DNA from: an uncultured Nitrospiraceae bacterium
GTDB lineage: Bacteria; Nitrospirota; Nitrospiria; Nitrospirales; Nitrospiraceae
Direction of reading: 5' to 3'
DNA length: 64,000 bases
Assembly: GCA_963706325.1 (NCBI GenBank)
Contig: CAVPLT010000005.1
Coordinates: forward strand, 256,001 to 320,000
Shown: piece by piece, positions 1-9,029 of the stretch
Layout: every line of letters begins with the position of its first letter
How positions within the stretch are numbered: position 1 is the first letter of the stretch
Notes under the pieces: model-generated
Told to the model about the DNA's origin: nothing
The model's input: the letters and a program-made list of their open reading frames with translations, nothing else
Database searches by the model: none
Position numbers and translations under genes: made by a program

Positions 1-1253
1 GTCTGAGTGCTGCCATAGGGCGGATTCATCCAAACCCATGACTGACTGGCGCTCAGCGAGTAGACATGCTGGTCGGTTCCTGACTTACGCAGAGTCAAGG
101 TACCCACGGCACTCGCGCTGGTCAGTGCCAACGAGGCCGGACTGATAACGATCGGTCCAGCTGCAGCGGTGGTCGGCGCGGGTGGCGCCGGTGGAGGTGG
201 AGGAGGCGCTACAACCACAGGAAGCGGCTTCGGCGCCGAAACCACCGGTGTCGGCGGCGGAGGAGTGGCTGCAGGGGGTGTGGGGGGCGGCGGCGTCGCC
301 GCGACGGGAGAGGTTGTGACCGTCAATGTCACCGGAACCCGGAGCATATTTGAGAAATTATTTGGGCCGGACTCACTCACATAGACGACTGCCGAATAGG
401 TTCCGGCGGAGAGTCCTGAGGTCTGGGCGGTGATCACCAGCTGGTCCGTTTCAGTGGAGATGCTTTGAGTGCTCCCGTAGGGCGGATTCATCCAGATCCA
501 GGACTGGTTCGTGCTGAGATAATAGGTGTGTTGATCGGTTCCGCCTTTGCGCAGAGACAAGGTGCCCACGGCAGTCTGACCCTTCACCGCGCTCAGTGCC
601 AGGGCTACCGGACTGGCTGCCATACCCGTAGTCGAAGCGACGGGCGGAGCAGGCGGTGGAGTGACCGCGGCCGGCGGCGGCGGTGGCGGTGCCACGACGA
701 CAGGAGGCGGTGGAGGTGTGGCTGCCGGCGGGGGAGGCGGAGTCGCCAAGACGGGTGTAGCCGTGACCGTCAACGTCACCGGAATGCGGAGCATGTTGTT
801 GAAATTGTTTGGGCCAGAATCGATGATATAGATCACCGCTGAATAGGCACCCGCGGAAAGATTGGCTGTCTGGGCCGTGATCACGAGCTGGTCCGTTTCA
901 GAGGAAATGGTTTGGGTGCTGCCATAGGGCGGATTCATCCAGACCCAGGACTGATTCGTGCTGAGGTAATAGGTGTGTTGATCGGCGCTGGATTTTTTCA
1001 GTGACAGCGTGCCGACCGCCGTTTGCCCTTTTTGGGCTTGCAAGACCAGCGCGCTTGGACTCGCCACGAGAGGTGCGGTCCCGCTGACTTGGGCCTTCGC
1101 GACGGCCTCGATCGTGGAAGGCTGCTGCAGCAGGCTCAGGGAGGTAGAGGCGTCTGCTGCCGCAGCGGGAGGGACTAAGGCTGCGTGGAGTAGCGCGGAC
1201 GAAAAACAACCGGCAACACCCAGCACGAACACACTCGTTGGCGTCTTCATCAT
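1..1253 (-). CDS. Exported repeat protein with at least 3 Ig-like (BACON-like) domains joined by Pro-rich linkers; runs off the left edge
   Basis: Manual translation from ATG 1253 (GGAGGA RBS at 1257-1262) stays open to base 1. It gives a hydrophobic leader, then repeated units (GTLSLxK...QSWxWMNPPYGSTQ...ETDQLVITAQT..LSAGxYSAVxY...PVTLTVT) separated by poly-Pro linkers. Absent from the ORF track because the stop is outside the window. Confidence 0.85.
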   Translation of the reverse strand, partial: MMKTPTSVFVLGVAGCFSSALLHAALVPPAAAADASTSLSLLQQPSTIEAVAKAQVSGTAPLVASPSALVLQAQKGQTAVGTLSLKKSSADQHTYYLSTNQSWVWMNPPYGSTQTISSETDQLVITAQTANLSAGAYSAVIYIIDSGPNNFNNMLRIPVTLTVTATPVLATPPPPPAATPPPPPVVVAPPPPPPAAVTPPPAPPVASTTGMAASPVALALSAVKGQTAVGTLSLRKGGTDQHTYYLSTNQSWIWMNPPYGSTQSISTETDQLVITAQTSGLSAGTYSAVVYVSESGPNNFSNMLRVPVTLTVTTSPVAATPPPPTPPAATPPPPTPVVSAPKPLPVVVAPPPPPPAPPAPTTAAAGPIVISPASLALTSASAVGTLTLRKSGTDQHVYSLSASQSWVWMNPPYGSTQ

Positions 1254-1286
1254 ATTTCCTCCAGGAAAAATGCAAGACGCTGAATG

Positions 1287-1302
1287 AGCAACCGGCATGC
1301 CA
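1287..1302 (-). promoter_or_regulatory. Sigma-54 (-24/-12) promoter
   Basis: TGGCATGCCGGTTGCT on the minus strand, GG-N10-GC spacing, 34 bp upstream of ATG 1253. Confidence 0.75.
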
Positions 1303-1529
1303 CATATTGGAAAGCTTGATATCGCCAGAAAGTCACGTCACGCGCGGTTTTTCGGGGATCTCGAAGGATGAAAGTTTGATTGCCGGATTGTGCTGTGCAA
1401 AGTGGAGCAGTGGCTGCAGGGGAAAACCTTCGTTGTTCATCGCCGCGTGCGAAGCGAGGCAGGCACACAGCACCCGCTGCCTGTTCCTCTTTAATGATGT
1501 CCGGTCAAGCAGAGCGGGAAGGGACCGTA

Positions 1530-2330
1530 CTACGCAGTGGGATGTCGAATAATCCAATCGGTGAGCAATGCCAGCATCTGCTGAAAATCGGCAGCCTTCG
1601 TAAACCGGTGGTCAGCGCCTGGAAGAATTTTCAGGCGTTTAGGGCCAGGGAGGGCGTCGAACAGTCGTTGGCTTTGGTGGAGAGGCACAAATTCATCGTG
1701 ATCGCCCTGGACGATCAAGGTTGGAACGGTGAGGCTTCGCGCGGGCTCATAGGCGATCCGGTCGAGGCAATCCTGATAGAAGGCATAATCGAGTGGAATT
1801 CTGGCCGCGCCACCGTGAAGGTCTGGGATCGTATCGGTTTGTTTCCATTGCTGCAGTCCTTCTTCTCCAAGCTCAAGACGAAGTTCCTCCGCGAAGTCGA
1901 CCACGGGACACTTGAGTGCCAGGCAGGCGAGGGGCGGGATGGAAGACGGATTCGAAATGTGTGTAGTTGTCCAGTCGGCAGCAGCGAAGAGCGAGATGAG
2001 ACCGCCGAAGCTGGATCCGACGAGGGACAGACGACGATATCCGCGGTCGTACACGTAGCGTAATGCTGCCATTGCTTGGCCGGATGCGAGGGTGGTCGTC
2101 AATTTGGCGAAGGGGCCATCGCTCTCTCCATGGCCAAAACAATCGAATCGAAACGTGGCGATCCCTCGCCCAACCAAAAGGGTCGTCAGCGCCTCATTGC
2201 TGGAGCTGTTCTTGTGAGACAGAAAGCCGTGACAGAGCACCGCGATGTGATCGGTGGGGTGATCCGGCTTGGCCAGAACCGCTGCAATACGATGGCCGGA
2301 GGGATCCTTAAAAAAGAGGGTGTCTTCCAT
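1530..2330 (-). CDS. Alpha/beta fold hydrolase
   Basis: HGF oxyanion motif, GHGESDG, GSSFGG nucleophile elbow, GDHDEFV and ADHRF catalytic Asp/His. Confidence 0.9.
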   Translation of the reverse strand: MEDTLFFKDPSGHRIAAVLAKPDHPTDHIAVLCHGFLSHKNSSSNEALTTLLVGRGIATFRFDCFGHGESDGPFAKLTTTLASGQAMAALRYVYDRGYRRLSLVGSSFGGLISLFAAADWTTTHISNPSSIPPLACLALKCPVVDFAEELRLELGEEGLQQWKQTDTIPDLHGGAARIPLDYAFYQDCLDRIAYEPARSLTVPTLIVQGDHDEFVPLHQSQRLFDALPGPKRLKILPGADHRFTKAADFQQMLALLTDWIIRHPTA

Positions 2331-2366
2331 TGAGCTGATCCTTCCAGCAACTTGAGACGCGTAAGA

Positions 2367-3659
2367 TCAGTTTGTAGTGCCTCGCTGGCCGGTCGGGTGT
2401 GTTCCGACCACCTGCGCGATCTTCATCGTGAACAACGTCAGGCTGCTCAACAGCAAACCCAAACTCGCCCAGACCGCTATATGGACCCACGAGGAAGAGA
2501 GCGGAAAATTCCAGGTCAACGACGCGACGAGGACGAGCCCTAGCGTACCAAAGCTGAGGCAGGATACCTGAATGGCCCGCCATCGATTCATGATGTGCTC
2601 CAGCTGTTCCCGATAGGCCGGCCGTTTTTTCTGACTCGTCACGCGCTGTGCAGCCAGGAGGCTGGGCACGGCGTGAGACAATCCCCCCACGATCGCTTGC
2701 AGCAGAAATCCAATGAATGCCGTATGGGTGTACGCCACCAGGTGCAGGGTTCCGTAGGGCATCAGCGGCGGTGTCCATAATACATTGATGCCGACGGCCA
2801 TGCCGGTGAGCGTCATAATAAACAGGAAGAACAGGGCAGTCAGGAGGTGATCCGTGGCAACCGAGCCGGGCTGACCAGCCTGGCTCCAGGTGCTGACAAG
2901 ATTCCAGCCACAGAGCGCCAACGTGACAAGCAGGCAGATTCCCGCGGCCAGTTGAATGTGAACCGACGAGAGAATGAATCCCGTCAAGAGACCGGCGGCG
3001 CCGGACGGCAGCAAGAGCAACACGATCTGTCCCGAGCCGGTGCTGCGAAGCGGGCGGTTCAAGAGCGGCGGGAGAGCGAGCTGAATTGTTCCAACCATCC
3101 CCATGGTAAGGAACAATAAGAGCCCCGCATGCAGGTGCCCCAGCCGGAGCATGCCGTGCCAGGTGGGGAACCATGCTCCGGCAAGGAATTCTCCCAGGAC
3201 GACAGTCCCGAAGAGGCCGGTCAAGCTGATCCCGAAGAACAAGGCAGCCAGTGGGGTCCATCCTGGACAGTTTCGTAACGCCTGCACCATATGGCGCGCC
3301 ACGGGAACGAAGCTCAGCAGCAGGAACAGTCCGCCGACGATGATCAGGTTTGAATCTCGCAACCACGAACCGCTCGCCAAACCCAGGGCTGCGAGGTTGA
3401 GGCCGATGAGGAATCCGAAATGTTTCGGCCGTTTCGTCTCATGTCCGACGAATTCAAGGGCCGCTAGGGCCAGGCCGGTCATCATCTGAATCAGGCCGCC
3501 GACAAGGGCGCCGTGCACATGGAGCATGCGGAGGCCAGGGGGCAGCGGAGAGCCGCGCACGACGCCGAGAAAGGTCGCCAATCCTACGAGAGATGTCAGC
3601 AGCAGCCATGCCCAGCCCGTGAGCAGAAACGACAGCGGTGATCCAAACCCTCGACTCAT
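2367..3659 (-). CDS. Polytopic membrane protein with intramembrane His motifs (NnrS / heme-copper-like, tentative)
   Basis: About 12 hydrophobic segments; recurring LHVHGALVG, GHLHAGLL and AYTHTAFIG motifs. Confidence 0.6.
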   Translation of the reverse strand: MSRGFGSPLSFLLTGWAWLLLTSLVGLATFLGVVRGSPLPPGLRMLHVHGALVGGLIQMMTGLALAALEFVGHETKRPKHFGFLIGLNLAALGLASGSWLRDSNLIIVGGLFLLLSFVPVARHMVQALRNCPGWTPLAALFFGISLTGLFGTVVLGEFLAGAWFPTWHGMLRLGHLHAGLLLFLTMGMVGTIQLALPPLLNRPLRSTGSGQIVLLLLPSGAAGLLTGFILSSVHIQLAAGICLLVTLALCGWNLVSTWSQAGQPGSVATDHLLTALFFLFIMTLTGMAVGINVLWTPPLMPYGTLHLVAYTHTAFIGFLLQAIVGGLSHAVPSLLAAQRVTSQKKRPAYREQLEHIMNRWRAIQVSCLSFGTLGLVLVASLTWNFPLSSSWVHIAVWASLGLLLSSLTLFTMKIAQVVGTHPTGQRGTTN

Positions 3660-3665
3660 GCGCAG

Positions 3666-4460
3666 TTAGTCCTGGTTCAAGAAATAAAAATGGTTGGTGG
3701 GACCCTTGCCGTGTCCGATGGCCAAGGAGTGCCTGATGGCTTCGGTGAGGTAGGTCTTGGCTGTTTGAACGGCGTCAGGGACTGATTTGCCTCGGGCGAG
3801 ATGCGCGGCGATGGCAGAGGCAAAGGTGCAACCGGTGCCATGAGTGTGCGGCGTGTCGATGAACTCACCCTTGAAGATATTGAAGAAGCGGCCGTCGTAC
3901 AGGAGGTCGGTGGCGCGGTCACTGGGCAGATGGCCGCCTTTGATGAGGACATGCGCGCATCCGAACTGGTGAATGATCTTGGCGGCGCGGCGGGCGTCAG
4001 CGAGCGAGATAATCTCTATGCCTGAAAGTTGCTGAGCCTCATACACGTTCGGGGTGACCAGCAGGGCCAGTGGAAAGAGGTCTTTCTTGATGGTGTCGAT
4101 GGCGTCAGGCTTTAGGAGCGCTTGTCCGCCTTTGGCGACCATGACAGGGTCCACGACCAGGTTTTTCACCTGCTGCGGTTTCAGCAGGTTTACTACAGTC
4201 TTGATGATGTCGGTCGACGACAGCATGCCGGTCTTGACGGCGGCCACATCAAAGTCATCGAAGATAGCATCGATCTGGGCAGCGACGATCGAGAGGGGCA
4301 AGTCGAATACGTCTGTCACCTCTTCCGTATTTTGGGCTGTGATGGCGGTGATCACCGACATGGCATAGACCCCGTTCGCCGACATGGCCTTTAGATCTGC
4401 CTGAATCCCTGCTCCGCCACCCGAGTCTGAGCCGGCGATCGTCAATACTTGTTTGATCAT
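3666..4460 (-). CDS. thiD: Hydroxymethylpyrimidine/phosphomethylpyrimidine kinase
   Basis: LTIAGSDSGGGAGIQADLK, VDPVMVAKGG, THGTGCT. Confidence 0.97.
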   Translation of the reverse strand: MIKQVLTIAGSDSGGGAGIQADLKAMSANGVYAMSVITAITAQNTEEVTDVFDLPLSIVAAQIDAIFDDFDVAAVKTGMLSSTDIIKTVVNLLKPQQVKNLVVDPVMVAKGGQALLKPDAIDTIKKDLFPLALLVTPNVYEAQQLSGIEIISLADARRAAKIIHQFGCAHVLIKGGHLPSDRATDLLYDGRFFNIFKGEFIDTPHTHGTGCTFASAIAAHLARGKSVPDAVQTAKTYLTEAIRHSLAIGHGKGPTNHFYFLNQD

Positions 4461-4497
4461 GGATCGTCCCTCTGAAAAAGTTCCCGGAAGTCGTTAA

Positions 4498-5481
4498 TTA
4501 TGGCGTGGAGGGGACGGAGTCGTGCGGCGCGGTGGGTTCAGCCTCGGCAGTTGGCGCGGCTTCGAGTTTGAGCCCTTCCAGCGTGACGACACGATCAGTC
4601 CTGGGTGATGTTTCATGATAGTGCAAGGTCATGAACCCTTTGGCCGGCTTCTTGGTTGCTGAAAAGGAGAGCCTCGCAGATTGCTGTTTTCGGGGATGCA
4701 GTTCCATACCTCGGGTACAGAGGCCTTCACGGCTCTGCGCAATATCCTGCGGCCATTGTTCGCCCTGCTCGTCGAGCAGGTACGTATCTTGAAATTGGCA
4801 GCCGATTTTGACCGGATGGGAGGAGCGGTTGGTAAACAGCAGGTCCAACGCGATCTGATCATATTGCCGAGCAATGTCCACGACACTGACTTGATACCAT
4901 TCATTTTCATGGCTGCTCAACACCGGCCCTATGGGTTCCGGCGCCGCGGCGGCCGCCGGGGGTTTAGGCGCGTTCGCCTGCTTAAGCAGCGCGGCGAGGG
5001 GTCCGGCCTTCGGAACAATCGCTCGTGCCGCTCCGACCGGATAGACGGTGTACGGCCCGATCAACTTGGCCGTGACCTGAACGCCCTCGGGTATCTCCAG
5101 ATAGGCCCCCGTTACGAAGAGATCGGCTCGCAGTGCCTTCGCCACCTTCTTGGCGGCCTTGGCCTGCGAGGTTTCCAGGTGCGTGAGCTGATGTTTCGCC
5201 ATGGTAGCGGCCAGCAGTTTGTGATCGACCACTTTGAGTTCCCCGGCGACCAGCAAATGGGTGGCCAGCTCTTCGGCGAGGAACTGACCGATCGGTGTCA
5301 CGTCCCCTTTGCTGTCGACGAAATCCAGTACCGCAAGCCGTGACTTCTTCATCTTGATGGCTTCGGAAGCCACACCCTCTGCCAGTTCTTTGACGCTCTC
5401 TTCGTATTTTGAGGCAGCGAGGACAGGCGAGTAGCCAAAGGCAAGCAGGAGGAAACCACAGAGGATCTGTCGCATCACCAC
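4498..5481 (-). CDS. Exported protein with FlgO/CsgG-like N-terminal domain and beta-rich C-terminal domain
   Basis: Signal peptide, RLAVLDFVD...GQFLAEEL...ADLFVTGAY pattern, Pro/Ala linker. Confidence 0.6.
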   Translation of the reverse strand: MVMRQILCGFLLLAFGYSPVLAASKYEESVKELAEGVASEAIKMKKSRLAVLDFVDSKGDVTPIGQFLAEELATHLLVAGELKVVDHKLLAATMAKHQLTHLETSQAKAAKKVAKALRADLFVTGAYLEIPEGVQVTAKLIGPYTVYPVGAARAIVPKAGPLAALLKQANAPKPPAAAAAPEPIGPVLSSHENEWYQVSVVDIARQYDQIALDLLFTNRSSHPVKIGCQFQDTYLLDEQGEQWPQDIAQSREGLCTRGMELHPRKQQSARLSFSATKKPAKGFMTLHYHETSPRTDRVVTLEGLKLEAAPTAEAEPTAPHDSVPSTP

Positions 5482-5599
5482 GCACTCATGGCCAATTCAT
5501 TCATGGCACACATTATACTCACGTCGTTGACGGTGTCCAGCCTGCACCACCGGGCATCCACTAAACACCCTGCCTTGATGCATACGTTCATGCGGTACG

Positions 5600-6088
5600 C
5601 TAGGGAAGGAGCAGTCGTGCCGCGAGCCGGCCGCCCGCGTATCCGCCCGGCAGCAGGAGCAGCAAGATTATCGGCAGGAAGAAATAGGCAAGGGCGCCTT
5701 GGGCATCGGGATGGAGGAGGACATCGGCATGGGTCCAGGTCGCCACGGCCAGCATGCTGGAGCCCGCACAGGCGAGGCCTAATGCCCGTCGGCGCGCGAT
5801 CAGTGGGTCTTGAACCGGGGTCGTTCCAAAATGCAGGAGAATCACAAACGCCAGCACGATGAATGGGATGGCCGTGAGAACTCCCACGAGAAATAGGTTA
5901 TAGCCGGGCGCGAAGAGGTGCAGGCGGAAGGAATGCCAGGCTCGATCCAAAGGAAGATGGTGAACGAAGCTGTCTACTGCCAGCATCATAGACCAAGGGA
6001 GCAGCAGGCCTCCGAGCGCACTGAGCCAGACTGCTGCGCGGGCAAGGTATCGGAGCCGTGGGATGGTCGAGGGAGAGAAAACGCTCAT
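5600..6088 (-). CDS. Hypothetical 4-TM membrane protein
   Basis: Four hydrophobic segments; ATGA overlap with the upstream gene. Confidence 0.7.
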   Translation of the reverse strand: MSVFSPSTIPRLRYLARAAVWLSALGGLLLPWSMMLAVDSFVHHLPLDRAWHSFRLHLFAPGYNLFLVGVLTAIPFIVLAFVILLHFGTTPVQDPLIARRRALGLACAGSSMLAVATWTHADVLLHPDAQGALAYFFLPIILLLLLPGGYAGGRLAARLLLP

Positions 6089-7134
6089 TCAGTGGGCCCT
6101 TTTGATGGAGGTCCCGTCGGCGTCGTGGTTCCGGATTCGATTGCAGCGACCGCGTCCGCGATACTCGCGCGCACCACAGAATCGGGATCATGCAGCTGTT
6201 GTTTGAGATCCGGCAGCGCCTCTTTCGCGCCCGCTCCCATCGCGCCGACTGTTTCCGCAGCCAGGTATCGAATCAAGGGCCGCTCATCCTGGAGCATCGG
6301 AACGACGGCGCCCAGCGCTTGGCCAGCCGCAGGGCCCAGCTGAGCAAGCTGGTGCAACGCATAGTCGCGCGCAGTTGATTGCTCAACCATCAGACCTAAG
6401 GATTGGATATGGGAGACATCGTCAGGCCTCGGCTTGTCCAGGGCGCTACGGGCCAACCCGGCGATCGCCCTGGCTTGATCGGCGAGAAGAGCCTTCAGCG
6501 GTTCTTCAGCTTCTTGAGGTACTGGCGTCGTGAACGCGAATTGAGCGACGGCGCTATGGCGGACGAGGCTCGACGGGGCGTGAAGACCCGCTATCAGCGC
6601 AGCCGCGATGGGCGCCGAAGGTATGCCGATGCTTGCCAGCGACGTCAGTACATTGCGACGCACCAGCTCGTCGAGATCGCCGGTCATGGCAAGGAGTGCC
6701 GTAACGGCCGGCTTCGCGACCGGCCCCAGACTGCCGAGCACGGCACAGGCTGTGCGGCGTTGCTGCACATCGGGATCTTGAAGGCGTGCAATGAAGTGAG
6801 TCATGACCATTCGAGCGGCCGTCAAATCAATCGACTTCAGCGCTGCCGCGGCGGTGGTATTGGCATGTTGACTGCCATCCCTCGTGGCTTGGGCCAGTAG
6901 CGCCGGTACCGCAGCCTTCGCAGCCGGTCCAACCAGCCCCAATTGCTCCGCCGCCACGATCCGCGTCGAAGGGTCGTTGTCCGTGAGCATTTTAATCAGG
7001 GTTGGCACCGCCCGCGCGCCGGTCGAGAACCAATACCAGAGCGCCAATGAGGCAGTAAAAATGGCCAGACCGCCCAGGTGCAGCGCGATCTCGCGAGAGC
7101 TCAAGATCGTCGGCGATGGAGAAGACTCCGTCAT
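6085..7134 (-). CDS. Membrane-anchored HEAT-repeat protein
   Basis: N-terminal TM helix, then repeats such as LGPAAKAAVPAL...D..VR..A. Confidence 0.85.
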   Translation of the reverse strand: MTESSPSPTILSSREIALHLGGLAIFTASLALWYWFSTGARAVPTLIKMLTDNDPSTRIVAAEQLGLVGPAAKAAVPALLAQATRDGSQHANTTAAAALKSIDLTAARMVMTHFIARLQDPDVQQRRTACAVLGSLGPVAKPAVTALLAMTGDLDELVRRNVLTSLASIGIPSAPIAAALIAGLHAPSSLVRHSAVAQFAFTTPVPQEAEEPLKALLADQARAIAGLARSALDKPRPDDVSHIQSLGLMVEQSTARDYALHQLAQLGPAAGQALGAVVPMLQDERPLIRYLAAETVGAMGAGAKEALPDLKQQLHDPDSVVRASIADAVAAIESGTTTPTGPPSKGPTE

Positions 7135-7865
7135 GCGGAAATACGACCTCTCCGGCGCGGGTGGCGAAGCGCCTCAGCTGCCCACTGAATGACTTGGATT
7201 TCGTTCCAGGGTACAGCGCGGAAAGGCATTTCACCATTTGGCTGGAGACAATCGGATTCAAAATCTTTATCCCGATGCGAGAATACACGTATGCACCATT
7301 CAACCCCTCCGTAGAGCATGCCATAGCAGCGGTGGCCTTCGGAGCTTGATTGAACGGCCCCAGATACCATGTGGATGAGATGTTTTGTTTCGTGGTGGAC
7401 GATCGCACGGCCTAAGATTGGGTACTCCCAAGCTTCTCCGGGATTTCGAGAGAGAATGAGTTGTCGCAAGCGTTCTTCGTGTGGACCTAGGGCAACTGTG
7501 GCGAATGCCAACAACGAACTCACGCTCGCACGAAACAAAACGCTCAGGTGAAAAAGCTTGAATGATGAGTAATCAAAACGTGCCCAGCGAAGGTCTTCGA
7601 CGCCCCAGGGGTCCGGCAAGGGAGTGGCTTTAACCCACTGATCCAGAAACGGCTCCTCGTAATATTTATTGAAATGCTGTTCGCACTTTTCACAGAAAAG
7701 ATATTCTTTGGCTCCGTCCTGCACTGGTTTCCAGCCGCGAGTATCTAAGCCAGTGATTGCCATTGCATGACCCTTTGTGTTGTAAAGACCCTCATGAAGA
7801 AATTTGGGTACGATATGCGACTCACGTAACTGGCAATCATGGTGGCACAGCCGACATAGAGGCAT
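7131..7865 (-). CDS. Hypothetical Zn-binding, HNH-like protein
   Basis: CRLC...ESHIVPKF...LFCEKCEQHF motifs; DNA visibly more AT-rich than the neighbours. Confidence 0.6.
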   Translation of the reverse strand: MPLCRLCHHDCQLRESHIVPKFLHEGLYNTKGHAMAITGLDTRGWKPVQDGAKEYLFCEKCEQHFNKYYEEPFLDQWVKATPLPDPWGVEDLRWARFDYSSFKLFHLSVLFRASVSSLLAFATVALGPHEERLRQLILSRNPGEAWEYPILGRAIVHHETKHLIHMVSGAVQSSSEGHRCYGMLYGGVEWCIRVFSHRDKDFESDCLQPNGEMPFRAVPWNEIQVIQWAAEALRHPRRRGRISA

Positions 7866-8005
7866 ATCAACTCCTCGTATTTTGAAAGACTCGTCAATAT
7901 TATCGCGGTTCTGCCAATGGCACTACCGCAATTTTCTGCATGCTGTCCTAATCGCCGTGTGGCCTGTACAGGACTATTAGATTCTTTCATTTCCTTTTAG
8001 CGGAC

Positions 8006-8245
8006 GTGTGACTGGCGGGTGGGGATGGCGACACTCGGAACGCTCTCAAAGCGGCTGCAGGAAGTCATTCGGCAGTGCGGTGGGCTGTCCTGCACAGGCA
8101 GGTGGTGCGTCTTGTTCGAAGCGCCGTTCGTGCTGTGCACGGAACGGCGCAAGTTGACGCGCCAAAGCTCACCGCGGTGACGAATCCTGCTGCGGCTTTG
8201 GTATTGGCGTGAAGAGTGTCGGCATCCCTGCCCGCCCCCTCACAC
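8006..8245. repeat. 240-bp nested imperfect fold-back element (MITE/REP-like)
   Basis: Outer arms GTGTGACTGGCGGGTGGGGATGGCGACACTC / GAGTGTCGGCATCCCTGCCCGCCCCCTCACAC; inner pairs GCGGTGGGCT/AGCTCACCGC and TGGTGCGTC/GACGCGCCA; apical GCGCCGTTCGTGC-TGT-GCACGGAACGGCGC. Confidence 0.75.
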
Positions 8246-8908
8246 CGGCCACTGCTCCTCGTTCCAGGCCATCTCCCAAAACATCCACTCGTATTTCGAA
8301 CTGATCAAGAACGCCTGCTCCATCCGTTTCTTTTCCTCGTGCCCCGCGGTGCGCGCCCAGGTATCGACCCTGGCGCGCATCCATTCCTGTACCGCCTCGA
8401 ATTCCGGTGACGCATACAGAAGCAGCCAGTCTCGATAGGGATGTTTGGCGGACGGAGCGCCATTCTTGAGGAAGAGTTTGCCGACGACGCAGTAGATCCA
8501 GGCGCAGGGAAGGGCGACGACGGCGATTTCCGTGGCGGTGCCGCCATGGGCGATCGCGAGCATGTGGCGGGTATAGGCATAGTTGGTAGGAGCCATCGGT
8601 TCATTGAGCATGGCCTGGGGGGAAAGTTTCCAGCGTTTGCCGTAATTTTCGTGGAGGCTGCGTTCGACTGTGATGGTCTCTTCGGCCAACCTGGCAAAGC
8701 GCAGGGCCGATTCTGAATCCGGCGCGCGCACCGCCCCGGCCGCAAACACTCGCGCAAGGTCTGCGAGAAAACGGGCATCTTGGAGAATGTAGTAGCGGAA
8801 CTTTCGCTCCGGCAGCGTGCCTTTGCCGAGGGCGAGCACGAACGGATGGGTCAACTGCGCGTCCCACACGGGCTGGGCCAATTTGCGAAGATGATTGGAA
8901 AATGACAT
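8240..8908 (-). CDS. tenA: Thiaminase II / aminopyrimidine aminohydrolase
   Basis: HPFV..L..GTL...F..Y..QD, catalytic Cys in LPCAWIY, YEWMFWEMA. Confidence 0.95.
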   Translation of the reverse strand: MSFSNHLRKLAQPVWDAQLTHPFVLALGKGTLPERKFRYYILQDARFLADLARVFAAGAVRAPDSESALRFARLAEETITVERSLHENYGKRWKLSPQAMLNEPMAPTNYAYTRHMLAIAHGGTATEIAVVALPCAWIYCVVGKLFLKNGAPSAKHPYRDWLLLYASPEFEAVQEWMRARVDTWARTAGHEEKKRMEQAFLISSKYEWMFWEMAWNEEQWPV

Positions 8909-9029
8909 GCGGGTCCTCCTTCGTAGGCATAACGCGGCTCTCGTCGTTCGTGAATCGTATCACGCGAACAATACAGAGGCAGAATCATTCCTGTTGGGCT
9001 GCACGCTTCACGGACGACGCTTCCCGGCC

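Noticed and set aside
169..842. Gly-rich and Arg-rich plus-strand ORFs
   Set aside because: Antisense shadows of the Pro-rich linkers of the minus-strand repeat gene
8006..8245. Integron attC site
   Set aside because: No RYYYAAC...GTTRRRY ends, longer than a typical attC, and no integron integrase in the window
8909..9029. TPP riboswitch upstream of tenA (also checked before thiD)
   Set aside because: No CTGAGA / CCTGA..GGGA core found
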